Shown here: in pieces, positions 48,333 through 61,755 of the stretch | Layout of the letters: each line of letters opens with the position of its first letter | Position numbering within the stretch: position 1 is the stretch's first letter | From: Amoebidium appalachense | Lineage: Eukaryota; Protista; Ichthyosporea | Assembly (NCBI GenBank): GCA_963693365.1 | Contig: CAVNZM010000004.1 | Location: 4,464,064-4,528,063 of the forward strand | Length of the DNA stretch: 64,000 bases | Direction: 5' to 3' | Position numbers and translations under genes: made by a program | The notes under the pieces: generated by a model | Told to the model about the DNA's origin: nothing | Seen by the model: only the letters and a program-made list of their open reading frames with translations | Databases searched by the model: none

Positions 48333-49456
48333 ACACACACACTCAGACACACACACAGAGAGAGAGAGAGAAAGCCGGAGGGTGTGAGGTTTGTGTGTTT
48401 GGGGTGGGTGGGTGGGGGGGGAGGGGGGGGGGGGGGGGGTGAGACCAAGAGGAAAGGGGGGCTTTGTTATCTTGCACGCTATCCTGGGGTTGATATAGTT
48501 TTCTACAGCCAAAGTCTTCGCTGCAGCCCGTCTCCAGAACAGTTAGACTCAGGCTCTTGCCTTCTTTTGAACTTAAAATGCCACATTAGATAGGTTCATA
48601 TATATCCATGAATATATGCATAATTCCTGGCCCCTTCCCCTCCCCGCCCTAGCCCCTTTCCCCATGCCCTATACCCACCTGCGATCCCCCCACCCCACTT
48701 TTTCATCTTTCACCCCCCTTGCCTTGCCCTACCCACCGCCAGCCCCCTTCCCCCCCCACCTCCCACCCCCCACCCACCCAGCCACCCAGCTCCCGCCGCC
48801 CCACAGGCATCTCCTCCCCCCCTCCCCCCCCCCCCCCCCCCCCCTCCCCCTGAAAAGGGGATTCTGCAAGTGCTTTTCAGAAGTGAAGATGGTGGTCTTG
48901 GTTGACATACCAGCAAGAAATTAATGGAGGTATGATATGGTGAGGGGAAGAAGGTGTAGGGCAGTTCGGCTTAATGGCCGGAAAATGGTTTTGACCCCCC
49001 CCCCCCCCCGGGGGGGGGAGGGGGATGGGGGCTTGTCTCGAGCTGCGTCTTGACAACTTCTTCACGCTTGCGTTTTTTACTTCCCCTCCTCCCATTGCCC
49101 CTCTTCCCTAATACTTTTCCTCGATGGTTTGCCCCCCTTCATCTACTCACTCATGCTTTCTTCCACCCCTTACCGCTCTTCGCGTGTACTTTGTGCTTAA
49201 TTATGTACTTCAAACTGCCACCGCCCTTCAAAACCTTTGCCCTTCACTTATACTTTCCCTCCCCCTGCACAGGGAAGCTGCAGCACGCCACATGTTGACC
49301 ACCTGTCGCCTAATTCGCGATACCTCTATGATACCACCCCCACTCTTCTAGTATCCAGCCTAGGAAAAAAATTTTGAGCGGGTTTTGGATAGTCCTTTAA
49401 GCTATCAACTACTAGTTTCACGTAAAACAATAAACTTTAAAATATCACAAACGAAA

Positions 49457-50035
49457 ATGACCGACACGGTTGTCACACCCACATACTATGACGTCCACGC
49501 ACACCTCGCCGACAACCTATTCTCGGGCGATCTTTCAGACGTTCTCTCCAAGGCAAGAGCAGACGGTGTACTTGGAGTGCTGGCCGTGAGCGAAAATTTG
49601 GAAGAGGCGGAAAGGATTTTAGAACTCTCCCGTTCGAATCCGGGCTTTGTGGGGGCGTGCGCGGGGATGCATCCAGAAAAAGCGTCGATGGAGAGTCTGC
49701 CAGCCATGCTGCGGTTTATTCGCGATAACAAGGACAGTTTGACGGCTGTTGGTGAGGTGGGTCTTGTTTTTTCATGATCAAAACGGTTTTGTCTGCCCCC
49801 CCCCCCCCCTCCCCCCCCCCTCCCCCCGCGCACCCTCGTAACTCGTTCTGTGTGTTTGATGTGGCTGTCCGTCGTGAATGTGTACGTCGTACTTTGTAGC
49901 CTCCCCCCCCCCCCCCCCCCCCCCCAAACACACACGTAATCTGCACATGCACATACACACCCTCTCTCTCTCTTTCTCTCTCTCGTGTGCTCACACACAC
50001 ACACACACGCGCGCGCGCGCATACACACACACACT

Positions 50036-50068
<33 letters not shown>

Positions 50069-51141
50069 ACTCACTCTCACACTCACACTCGCACCACACG
50101 TACACACATGCATTCACTTTTGCACAATCAATGACTTACCCACGTGCTCACACCCCAACTCACTCACCCTGCCCCACTCTCCCCTTCCCCCCCCCCCCCT
50201 CCCCCCCCCCCCCCCCCCCTCCCTCCCACCTCTCAGCCGGCCTCTTGTTCCTCCATCTATCTTGGGAGCTCCCCTCTTGTCCTTCAAGCCACCGTTATAT
50301 CGTTAAACACTTTGCTCCTTCCCCATTATATACCATTTCGTATGTCAACCCTATCATCCCCCCCCCCCCCCCCCCCCCCCTCAACAACACACACAAATAC
50401 ACACACACACACACACACCACCACCACCACCCACCCACTAGCCCACCCCCCACCCACCCACCCATCCACCACACCTGGCCTCCTGTTCCGCTCCCTTACC
50501 CCTCCTTCTTGTCTCTTCTTACAGACCTCCTCCCTCTCCTCTACTTCCTCCAGTCTCCCGCCTTACTTCTTCGCTCCTCCTTCCTCCCTTGCGCCACTAG
50601 AAGTATTTTTGCCATTTTACGGCAATGGATTTTTTCAACTTCTTCTTTCCCCCCCCCCTCCCCCAATAATAATAATAATAATAAGAATAAGAATAAGAAT
50701 AAGAATAAGAATAAGAATAAGAATAATAAATAAAAAATAAAAAATTACAAATAAAACCAATATAAAAACATTATACAAAAAATAATTTAAAATCTTAACA
50801 TACCCATTACCTCCACAGGTGGGTTTGGACTATAGCCCGCACATTCTCGGGAGTAGCGATCCTGAGGGGGTTAAGGCAGTGCAGCGTGAATGCCTAATTA
50901 GGCAAGCAGAGCTGGCACGTGACCTGGGCCTACCCCTTAACCTGCACAGCAGATCGGCGGGACATCACGTGATACAGGTGCTAAAGGAGTTGCAGGTGGG
51001 TGGGTGGGCGAGTGGGTAGTGGGGGGGGTGGGCGGGTGGGCGTGTGGGCGGGTGGGGGGGGTGGGTGGGTGGGTGGGTGGGTGGATGGGTGGGGTGGTGG
51101 GGGTGCGGGTGGGTGGGTGAGTGGTTGGGTTGGGAGGGAGG

Positions 51142-51172
<31 letters not shown>

Positions 51173-51323
51173 GGGGCGCAGATGTCCGTGTGGGGTGTTT
51201 GGGGGGGGGGGGGGGGGTGGTATTTTGTGAATGTGAGAGGGGAGAAGGGGTTAGTGCGTGGGTGAACGTGGGTGGCCGCATGGGTGCATTTGTGTGGGGA
51301 GGTTGTTTTTTTTTTTTTTTTTT

Positions 51324-51367
<44 letters not shown>

Positions 51368-51688
51368 GTGGTTAATGAGTACTGGGAAAGGAAACGTAAG
51401 GGAAGAGAAACTGGGTGGTTGACCGAAAGATGCCTGTGTATTGGTTGGCTCGGAGTTTCTAAAGGTACCCAGGGGCACTTGCACACACACACACGGCCAT
51501 CCACATACCAACGTGCACGCACATGCGCTATACAAAACGGTACTCGAGAACATGTACACGCATGCGAACATTCACCACACATCCTGTAATGACCATGTCC
51601 TGGTGACCCCCATATACATATATCCCTACACCACGGACACACACCAAGAAATTTATCCATCCTCCCTCACCCCCCTCCCCCCCCCCCC

Positions 51689-51719
<31 letters not shown>

Positions 51720-51739
51720 ACACCGTGGCACACATACAG

Positions 51740-51801
<62 letters not shown>

Positions 51802-51874
51802 CCCCCACCAAGCACGCACACACGTGTGCACACACACACACTCCCCCCCCTCCCCCTCCCCCCCCCCCCCCCCG

Positions 51875-51917
<43 letters not shown>

Positions 51918-52239
51918 GATCAAGGACGCAGTTCTTCACGCATTCGACGGCAAGCCACACTATGCAGAGGACGGAGCAAAACACGGCTACTACTTCTCCG
52001 TTCCGCCGTCAATCGTCCGATCCCCCAAAAAACAGAAAATGGTTAAGCGTCTACCAATAGAATCCCTCCTTTTGGAAACCGATTCGCCCGTTTTGGGCCC
52101 GGAGAAGGACGTGAGGAACGAGCCGTGTAACGTTGCTGTGGCGTGCAGGGCGATTGCTGAGATAAAGGGCATGAAAGTTGAGGATGTAGCGCGGATTACG
52201 AGCGAAAATACACATAAACTGTTTAGGAAGTTGCGCTAG
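49457..52239 (+). CDS. TATDN3: TatD-family metal-dependent nuclease (TATDN3-like), 3 exons, 265 aa
   Basis: Exons 49457-49756, 50819-50995 and 51919-52239 total 798 nt in frame. All canonical motifs are present: [46 protein letters not shown]. Confidence 0.93.
50665..50730. repeat. (AAT)n/(AATAAG)n simple repeat
   Basis: Visible tandem run in TatD intron 1. Confidence 0.9.
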
Positions 52240-52677
52240 AAGGGGCTGGGGTTGATTAAGGATTCCTAAGAACCGTAAATAAATTGTGGTTTACCCTGCA
52301 AAAATGCGCGAATTTCGTGTAAGAACGGGTGAAAATGCTCGGAGAATCGGTTATGCTTTGTTTCTTAGTGTGCTGTACAGATTGACTGTCTGGTGGTACC
52401 ATTTCGAGACTCGTAGTCTATATAAATGCGATACATGCCTTGATCGAATGGTGTGTAGGTGGTCGCAGACAGCATGAATTCAGTGACCCGATGAATCTGC
52501 CTAATGAATGTGCAGACGGCCTAGCACGATGCATGTCTGTTTTGTCCCCTCGGCAGAACTCATTCCACACATTACTCCCTCTCCCTAACACCTACCCCCT
52601 CCGGCCATGGCCTAACCTCCATTCTCCCCCCCTCCCCCCCTTCCCCCCCTCCCCCCCCCCCCCCCCCAAACCCTCCC

Positions 52678-52719
<42 letters not shown>

Positions 52720-52896
52720 CGGGGCCCAGGGGGAATTCAATGCATGGCTTTCGATCTGTGCTCACTACACAATTGCCACATCATAATCGGAAACTATGAT
52801 AGTGAAACATCTTCTGGCCAATATACATACGTGGATGTGTACTCATGCACACACACTGCACACGCACAGGCGCACGCACGTGCGCGCACACACACA

Positions 52897-52949
<53 letters not shown>

Positions 52950-53257
52950 CACACACTAACACCTCCACCAGCTACCTCCACCGCCGCCGCAAAGGAACTT
53001 TTGGGAGGAAAATGGAAACATCCTCATTGGACACCACTTTGCTTGTGCTTTTCTCAAGTCAACCGCTTAGTCATCCTTCCCTCCCCGTGCCCGGCCGGGG
53101 CCTTCCTCGGCCTCCCCCATATCTCTCTCTCTCTTCCCCTCCCCCCCCCCCCCCCCCCCCCCTCCCTCCCTCCCTCCCCGAGTCCCTCCGCCCTCCAAAA
53201 CCCCACCCCGCGTCGCCCCCCCTCCCCCCCCCCCCCCCTCCCCCCCTCCCCCCCCCC

Positions 53258-53304
<47 letters not shown>

Positions 53305-53670
53305 AAAAAAAAAAGACAGACACAGTGGACCCCACCGCACCGTGTGGGGCTTTGGAGTTCTTTTCGATAGCATTTAGTCTGCACTTTGATCTTTTTGGTG
53401 GGTGCATACTGAGGCCCAAACCGTTAAGTCTTCCCAACAGAACGAGATGCTCATAATAACTGTGGTGCGGATTGAGTTCCCGTGTACCTCCTCCATTCCT
53501 TTACCATTTTTGAAAAAAAAACAAAACAAAAAAAAAAAAACAAGGGGAAAGAAAGATAGGAGAAAGAAGAAAGGAAAATGCTAATAAGGAGATTAAGGAC
53601 CAGGCCAAGAAACTGGACAAAAGAGGATGCCCATTGGCGGCGGCGAGCGCGTGGGTGGGCGGGCGGTCGT

Positions 53671-53734
<64 letters not shown>

Positions 53735-53976
53735 AAGGGAAAGTCTTCAAGAAAGAAAGAAAAGAAATGACAGGAGCATTGGGAGGGAGGTGACCAAAGC
53801 AAAGGGGTTTGGAAGAAAGCCTTCGGGATGAAAAACGCTCTAAAGGAGATTGAACAGAAGAAGAAATGGGGAACGAATTTATCAAGGGGATCAACCAGGA
53901 AATGAAAGCGAAGAAGAAAAGGAAGAAAGAAAACTCTATGGGAAAGAATTCGAAAGATAGCGAGGGGGGGGGAGAA

Positions 53977-54011
<35 letters not shown>

Positions 54012-54264
54012 GGATTTCACAAGGGGACACGCCCGCGGCCCCGTGCGCCCGCACACACACACACGCACACGCACGTGTACACACACATACACACACACAC
54101 GCACACACACACACACGCACGCACACACACACACACACAGAAGACACACACACACCAACACGACAAATACACACACAGATAAGATAGAGGCGAACACACA
54201 CCCCCAGGCTCAGATTGCCACACCGTGGACACACGTGCGCATGCGCGGGCAAGCTTGCGCACAG

Positions 54265-54335
<71 letters not shown>

Positions 54336-54353
54336 GACCAACCTCTAGAACTC

Positions 54354-54527
54354 CCAATATGTTGATTGGCTGGATCTAGATTTTAGAGATGCCAAAACCA
54401 TTGTTCATTGGTAGATATCCAAAGTCAATTACCATTGGTTTGTTATAAACCAATCATCACGTCTAAGCCAAATATGGCTATTTATTCTGGATTTGTATTA
54501 GTGGTGACAAACAACCAATCTAATTGG
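54354..54527. promoter_or_regulatory. Cluster of seven CCAAT/ATTGG motifs upstream of the hydrolase gene
   Basis: Motifs at 54354, 54365, 54407, 54434, 54450, 54515 and 54523, beginning where the microsatellite zone ends. Confidence 0.55.
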
Positions 54528-54851
54528 TGGTAGTCCATTAGATTCAAACGTTTCGAGGGTATACGGCAGACACTCCCAGTTGCAAAGAGGTCACAGAACA
54601 CCAAAGTAGAAGGTGTATATAACTAGCAATAGAACATTATGGATGCATAAAGTCAAGAAGCATCTTTCATATTTAACTAATGGCTGTCGTTTTGAGCCCT
54701 CGTAGTTTGTATGACATGAAAGTGTAACTTCGAATTCATCTCATCATACATGTTTACAACTTAGTGGAATTACAACCAGTGAAAATCTTTCTCGGTCCCT
54801 CGGCTCACACACAACTAAGTGTAGTAGGCCTAGCTAGCTACTGTGGTCACA

Positions 54852-56311
54852 ATGGCTGACTTCAGTTCCAAAGGTGGCGCCGCGCAAAACAGCGTCGACG
54901 CCACAACAGACACTCGCAAACCCTCTCTCCGACCGCCTCACACGTGCAACAGTACAAAATCTTTTGGACGGGGCACACTCGCGCAAATCTTCCATCGCCG
55001 AATTCATCGACGAAAACGTGAAAGCAGAACCATCACTCGAAGACAGAATTCACGAACTTAAGTGCATGGAGGAAAAAGAGGACTATAAAGGGGTTATAGA
55101 AGGCTTGCGCAAGTTGGTGTCACAAGACAGAGCCGTGCTTGAAAATCAGTGGGTGAAAGCGTGGATGGGGAGGCGGTGGCGTAATATTTTCATCCGCGAA
55201 GCGTGCACAGACGGTTACGCTCTCTCTGGTTGCCGTCCCCATGGGTACGGTCAGATTGCCTCCGTAATTGCTGGCATTGCATTCTATCTATGGTACCACT
55301 ACGGAGCAGAGTCAGGGACACTAGCGTCTTCTGTTTTCTATGTCGCCCTTTTCGCGATTTCTTTTTACGCAAAACGCGATCTCAGCTATGAGGAAGAGCG
55401 CAAACCCGCACGCGCCATCGCTGAAACGTATCTACGCATGAGCGGACCCAACGAGTGGATCTACGTTACCGGTGGCAATGGGGTTAAACCCATGCCTGCA
55501 CCCGTTTTTCCCGAAAAAATCGACATGGGGGTACTGTTTGCACCTGGTCTCATCAATGGCTATCTGCCTGTGCGTGAGTTTGTCACAGCGATGCCCATGA
55601 TTGAGAGGAGGTTTCCCGGGGTGAAGGTGCTGCGCGCTGATGTGCACCCAATGAGGAGCTGCGAGGATAATGTGGAGGTGGGTGCACTAAGATCCCCCCC
55701 CCCCCCCCCCCCCCCCCCCCCACCTTCCCCTAGCAATGCTCCCTTCCCCTCTCCTTCTCTTCCCCACAGAAAACACGTTCATTAATTGAGCTGAGTCGCT
55801 CTTTGTTCAGTTAATCCCCCCCCCCCCCCCCCCGGTCCCCCCTCCTCTCCCCTATTATACCAATGCAGCATATGCATCCCCCCCCCCCCCCCCCCCCCCC
55901 CCTCCCACCCCCCTCCCACCCCCCTCCCCGTACACTCCCCTCTCCCCACCCACCCACACACACACACACACACGTGTCTGCCGCTCCGTGCTGCACACCG
56001 GCAGCCCCTCTTGTCACCTGCTTTCTGTTCGTTACTTGAATTGTTGTGTTTCGTCGATTATACTCTCATTTTTCTAGAATTCCCTTCCATGCGTTTCTGA
56101 GGTAACACCGTTCTGTATGTACCTACAAACCCCAACACTTGAGAAACCCCTACCCCCCCCCCCCTCCCCCCCCCCCCTTCTTTCCCCCCTGGTCGGGTCC
56201 TTACCTCACATGTATCTCTCCGCTTTACAATTGTGTAACTACGGATGTTCACATAGACATATTCCGGCTAAGCCTAAAGTAAAGAATTCATCTATCATCC
56301 CATCACCCCCT

Positions 56312-56352
<41 letters not shown>

Positions 56353-56714
56353 CCCCGCCCTTCTCCCCATTGGGTATGCAAAAACCTTTGCTTTTGCTTT
56401 TGCACCCGTGCTAAGAATGGGTGACCTATATACTCGCCCAACGGTCCCTATGATCCCCCCCCCCCGCCCCCCCCCCCCCCCCCCCCCACCCCCACCCCCC
56501 CCCCCACCCCCCCCCCCAAAAAATAAAAATAAATCTAACCCATTAACCCACCCACACACGTGCGCACGCAGGCACCCTTACGGTACGCACGCACACACGC
56601 ATGCATGCACACACACATGCACGCACACACACACACACCAATATTTTGATTTATGTTTGTTCTTTTGTTTTTGTTTCTGTCTCCCTCTTTTTTTTGACGG
56701 CGCGCGCGCCCGCG

Positions 56715-56745
<31 letters not shown>

Positions 56746-56751
56746 GCGCGC

Positions 56752-56788
<37 letters not shown>

Positions 56789-56808
56789 CCGTCGCACGTA
56801 CGCACGCA

Positions 56809-56840
<32 letters not shown>

Positions 56841-57400
56841 CACACACACACAAAAAAAAAAAAAAAAGAATTTAAAAAGAAAGAAAAAAAAGGGGAAAAA
56901 CGTAATAACGGGGCATAATAACTTATATAAAACCACACAGGACATCCGTAATGCAGTAAACAAAGGAATCGGCCGCGATCCAAACAGTCAACTCACCCAA
57001 GAGGGCTACCCCTTCCCCGAAAAATTCATCGCGATCGGATTTTCAAAGGGGGCACCGGACCTTTTGACTGCATGCGTTGAAGACCCCGAGATCAGAAAAC
57101 GGTGCAAGGCGCTGTACACGTGGGCCGGATGCATAGGGGGGTCCTATATGGCGGATGAGGCTTACGAGACGAAATTCAAGGGGTTCAATAGCAATGTGTT
57201 CAAGAGGATTGATGGCTGGTTAGCTAAGGTATGTGTCCCCCAGAGGCAAAGTCTATGGACCGTTGAAAATTCAGCATTTTTAACACTCGGTCTGAAACGG
57301 GGGGGGGGGGGGGGGGGAGGGGGGCGGAGAAGGGGGGAGGGGGGAGGGGAGGATGGGGGAGGGCAAGGAAGGGAGGAAATCGAGATGGTGTGTGCGTGGG

Positions 57401-57431
<31 letters not shown>

Positions 57432-58607
57432 TCATAAACAAGGCCACGTGTACTCAATCCACTGTGTGCATGTGCAAACGCTCTTGCAGCCACATGTATG
57501 TACGCACACAAAGGAGTGAACTGTACTGGGATCATGATTTGCTAGGCATGTATCGTGGCACACAAGCGCGTCGTTGTTACATCACCACAAGAGCAAAACC
57601 TAGTTCCGTCCAACTCCCCCCCCCTCCCCCCCCCCTCCCCACCCCCTCCCCTTGACATCCCTCCCCCCTCGCCTCCCCCTCCCCTGGGGCACGCCAACAC
57701 ACTAGCACATACACTCAGCGTATGTGCATACACAAGTACCTGCAGACAGTTGCAGAAAGTAATCAAACACAAACACCTAACAATCGGATCTCCTTTCCCA
57801 CCTTGCACAAAAGAACACGGAGGTACAGGGCCACAAAGACTTGAACATGCATACCCGTGTACACCTCACCCCAACCAACTTTTTCTTTACATATCGAATG
57901 TTATTCTTTCAAACCCCCCCCCCCCCCTTTATCCCCCCCCCCCCTTCCCCGCAGCGCTCCCCCCCCCCCCCCCCCCTCCTCTCCCCCCTCCCTGATCACC
58001 ACCATGGGCCACCCAGTCACCGTTCCCCAGCTCCCCCCCCCCCCCTTCCCCTCCCCCCCCCCCCCCCCCCCCCCACAAAAAAAGAAAGGAAAGATAAAAA
58101 ACTCCTATCTTTCGCCTCCCGGGCTGATCTATCCAATAAACCCCCCCACAGGTGGACAAATACATAAATTTGCGCCGTGGCCCCTTTTATCGCCCAACAG
58201 AAGTCAACGTCGATGAGGCCGTAAAGTCCCTCACCACGCACTACCGCGAGGCGTACAACAAAAAACACATTCCCGATTACCGGAAATTCGATTTCCCGAT
58301 ATTCAACATGACGGGAAGCACCGAGCACGAAAACCTGCCGTGGTTCAACGAGGGCGGGTGCATTCTCCTCAATCGTTGGGACGGAAATAACGATATGCAA
58401 GTAACACAGGAGGAGGCGAAAATGGATTATTTGCCGCGTGCAGCGCATTTAGTTATGTTTCACGCAAACCACTGGGATATGTCGTTTCCTACGTTCCCCT
58501 GGTGGGGTACTCTCGGGTCCAGGTACCTCGTGCACAAGTTCCCGAAGGACGCGGCAATGGCTGCGATGGTGCTGCTTGCTATTGAGTTGGGGTTGATGGA
58601 GGCGTAG
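54852..58607 (+). CDS. Alpha/beta-hydrolase (lipase-like) with N-terminal transmembrane hairpin, 4 exons, ~496 aa
   Basis: Exons 54852-54873, 54953-55677, 56941-57228 and 58152-58607 total 1491 nt in frame; the first 79-nt intron is inferred. Motifs: LFAPGL, nucleophile elbow [20 protein letters not shown]. Two hydrophobic segments: [16 protein letters not shown] and [16 protein letters not shown]. Confidence 0.85.
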
Positions 58608-59362
58608 GGGTGGGCAGTTGTACGACTAACTAGTCATGTCTTGTGAACCGTGACTCTTTATTTTTATTTTTATTTTTTATTTTTTTGTCCCGTTTCACCT
58701 CATAGAGGCTTCCGTCTTCCAATTGGCTCTGCCTATATATACTTCCAGGCAGGATGGTATACCTACATCAGAATACTACTACGGTACTAATATGCCTTTA
58801 CACGTTCCTATCTACTAGATATGCTTAGTCAATCTAAATTATGCATGTGGGGAAGAATCCGTGACTCGGTGCCTCTATTCAAACTTGATGATCTATGTAG
58901 CCGACATTGATAATGCACTGTTAAATTTTTCCTCCTTTTCTCCTTTTTTTTTTTGCCGTTTGTGGCAGACTGAACGGTATTACATAGTACACAGCTAAAT
59001 CACAAGGTATGGTTAACGTATACTACTGTAGTAGCTCCAAAGTTTAACTTGAATCCAATTCATAGCACAACTACTGGCAGCCACATCTTAGCACGACTCA
59101 TACAAATCTACTAGGCTAGTAACCTTCTACACTTTTCAGCGCATTTTTATGAGCCACCGCTGGGATAACGAGAATTACTCAGGGGGGAAGTGGGGTAGGG
59201 GGGCACAAGGGGGGAGGGGGGGGGGGGGGGGGGGGGGGACGGTTGGTAATGGATGTTGGTGTTTGTGGTGATGGTGGTATTGGGGTGGGTGCCACGTGAG
59301 TGGGTGGGTGGGTGGGTGGGTGGGTGGGTGAGAGAGTGGGTGAGTGGGCGGGTGGGTAGGTT

Positions 59363-59411
<49 letters not shown>

Positions 59412-59696
59412 ATAGTGGTGCATTCTAAGCACAGTGGATGCTTTTGTGTAATTCACGCTAAGTAGAATATCCACAGACTGGTGCTTTGGGGTATTCTTCT
59501 GTTTTCTGCACTGCCAGTAAGATGGGACTGTTAGTTGAGCCTCGGTACCTTTTTGCTTTAGCCTTAAGCAAACCGTTGAACACTATTGTTGATAGAATAA
59601 TTGAGCCTCTCTGCACATTTCTCCCTGTTACTTCCGGTTGCGGGATAAGGCCCAACCACATCGGTCAAGAACTTGCTCTGACGGAATTATTCTGCG

Positions 59697-59933
59697 AAAA
59701 GCCAAATTTATTCTGCAAAAACCAAGGATTATTTCTGCAAAAAGCAGAATTGTTTTGCAAAGCACAATTTATTTAGTCGAAGCAGAAGTTCCTGCATATT
59801 ATTTTCTCCACAAATCAGCTCACGGCCGCAGAATGAACCGTTAAAGCAGCTTAAGCCTGCTAATGCTTGTTTTAACAAAAAGCTCTGCTTTTAGCAGAAT
59901 ACCTCGGCTTCTAGCAGAATAAATTGGCCTTTA
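59697..59933. mobile_element. Degenerate inverted-repeat (foldback/MITE-like) element
   Basis: 59697-59765 aligns imperfectly with the reverse complement of 59866-59933; the arms are built from repeated TTATTCTGC(A/T)AAAAGC motifs. No clear target-site duplication seen. Confidence 0.45.
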
Positions 59934-59969
59934 CCTTTAATAATATTCCATTTTATGATATAACCCCCT

Positions 59970-60023
<54 letters not shown>

Positions 60024-60204
60024 CACACACACCGGTGCCGGGAGCACTTGCTCGATCAACAGAGGCTAAATGCGGCCTATAATAGACTATGTCATACTGG
60101 TGAGATTACATCTGCACGAGTCATCACGGCCCTGTGCTGCTGTGGGGAATGTGCTGTTTAGGTGTGATGCATCTGACAGTCAACCTTCAGCCATTCGCAA
60201 TTTC

Positions 60205-60301
<97 letters not shown>

Positions 60302-60656
60302 TGAGAGAGAGAGAGGGAGGGAGAGAGAGAGAGGGAGGGAGAGAGAGAGAGAGAGAGGAGAGAGAGAGTGTGTGTGTGTGCGTGTACAATTTTCACCAAA
60401 CAGTCCAAGTGGCCAGTGTTTACATAATTTGTGGCCATGGCTATTGGTTAGCCAGTGGTCGCTACGTCATCAGTCTCTCTCAGACTCTAACAAAAAGGAT
60501 TCTTTTCTGTGAGCATGGTAAGCGCCATGTAGCCTAATCAACCACTCATCCGCCACAAAACTATAAAACGCATAAGGTGTGTTCTTGAGTTGTGTTCTTG
60601 AGCTGTACTCACCTGGTAGATACGGCATATACCAATACAGTTACCGAATTACAAGT

Positions 60657-61173
60657 CCTATCACCTCACGGATTATTAATTTTACACATCAGCACGCCAC
60701 CATGAGTGCTTTCCCTCGTTACATTCGCACCCACACCCCCTCTCAACGACCGGCACAACTGCGATTTTTGCCACTTATCGTTCGCCGTCATGTAACCACC
60801 AACCAAGCAACATCATCAAGCATGGAGCCAACAGGTGTCACCAGCTGTAGCCTGCACGCCGATCCTCAGAAGCGCGACAAGCAGAAGATGCTCCTGAGTC
60901 AGGTGTTTCCTGGACCTATCACCTCACGGATTATTAATTTTACACATCAGCACGCCACCATGAGTGCTTTCCCTCGTTACATTCGCACCCACACCCCCTC
61001 TCAACGACCGGCACAACTGCGATTTTTGCCACTTATCGTTCGCCGTCATGTAACCACCAACCAAGCAACATCATCAAGCACGGAGCCAACAGGTGTCACC
61101 AGCTGTAGCCTGCACGCCGATCCTCAGAAGCGCGACAAGCAGAAGATGCTCCTGAGTCAGGTGTTTCCTGGAC
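60657..61173. repeat. 258-bp tandem duplication, 2 copies
   Basis: 60657-60914 repeats at 60915-61172 with one visible substitution (ATG to ACG). Confidence 0.97.
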
Positions 61174-61553
61174 GGTCGTTCATCCAGCGGCAATGGCAGA
61201 AGCATCCGTGCATTCTTGATGGTGACCTTGCCAAACATGTTCTGGTTCTATCCAACCTCTTGAGAAGGTTTCAAGATTCACACACATTTCAAAGGGATGT
61301 TATAGTTCAAGAAGAGGAAAACCTGGCTGAAAAAGCCCAGGTTCTTGGTCCTGAGGTTTCTAGATTATTGGAGTCGGATGAAGACAAGCGCTTGGCAATG
61401 CTCGCGCTGAGGCTGATAGGACGTTGCCCATTGGTGGTGACTATTCCAGAAGCCACACTCGAAACACGCCTTGAGAACATCAAGCAGAAGGCTGGAGCGT
61501 CAGCTGTGAAAGCAGTCTTGGACCGACCTGACCTGCTCATAAAGGACTTGTAG
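60702..61553 (+). CDS. Intronless ORF with probable mitochondrial presequence and mTERF-like C-terminal repeats
   Basis: GCCACCATG start context at 60702, repeated at 60960. Arg-rich, acid-free N-terminus MSAFPRYIRTHTPSQRPAQLRFLPLIVRRH. Recurring P-x-hydrophobic helical units WQKHPCIL, LIGRCPLVV, VLDRPDLL. The family call rests on pattern only. Confidence 0.6.
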   Translation: MSAFPRYIRTHTPSQRPAQLRFLPLIVRRHVTTNQATSSSMEPTGVTSCSLHADPQKRDKQKMLLSQVFPGPITSRIINFTHQHATMSAFPRYIRTHTPSQRPAQLRFLPLIVRRHVTTNQATSSSTEPTGVTSCSLHADPQKRDKQKMLLSQVFPGRSFIQRQWQKHPCILDGDLAKHVLVLSNLLRRFQDSHTFQRDVIVQEEENLAEKAQVLGPEVSRLLESDEDKRLAMLALRLIGRCPLVVTIPEATLETRLENIKQKAGASAVKAVLDRPDLLIKDL

Positions 61554-61719
61554 GGCACACAAATACATAAGAGAAACTGAGGAGTATGTATAAAATAATT
61601 AATTGGAAGCTTGCCAAGCTGTGCACTATGAGGGCATGTTCGAAGCTCTGGGCTTTGCATGGAGCAGTCTACATTAGTAGTCTAAATCTCCTTATCTAAT
61701 AGAGCTAGCTGGCCCTTTG

Positions 61720-61755
<36 letters not shown>

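Noticed and set aside
49631-49645. tRNA T-arm-like GTTCGAATCC
   Set aside because: It lies inside TatD coding exon 1 and has no cloverleaf.
54874-55785. GTG start or frameshift at the hydrolase 5' end
   Set aside because: A 79-nt GT-AG intron (54874-54952) joins ATG 54852 in frame, which is a simpler explanation; the ORF tail after 55677 is intron.
60579-60701. Upstream extension of the 324-aa ORF
   Set aside because: Non-ATG start; ATG 60702 has a strong context and begins the presequence.
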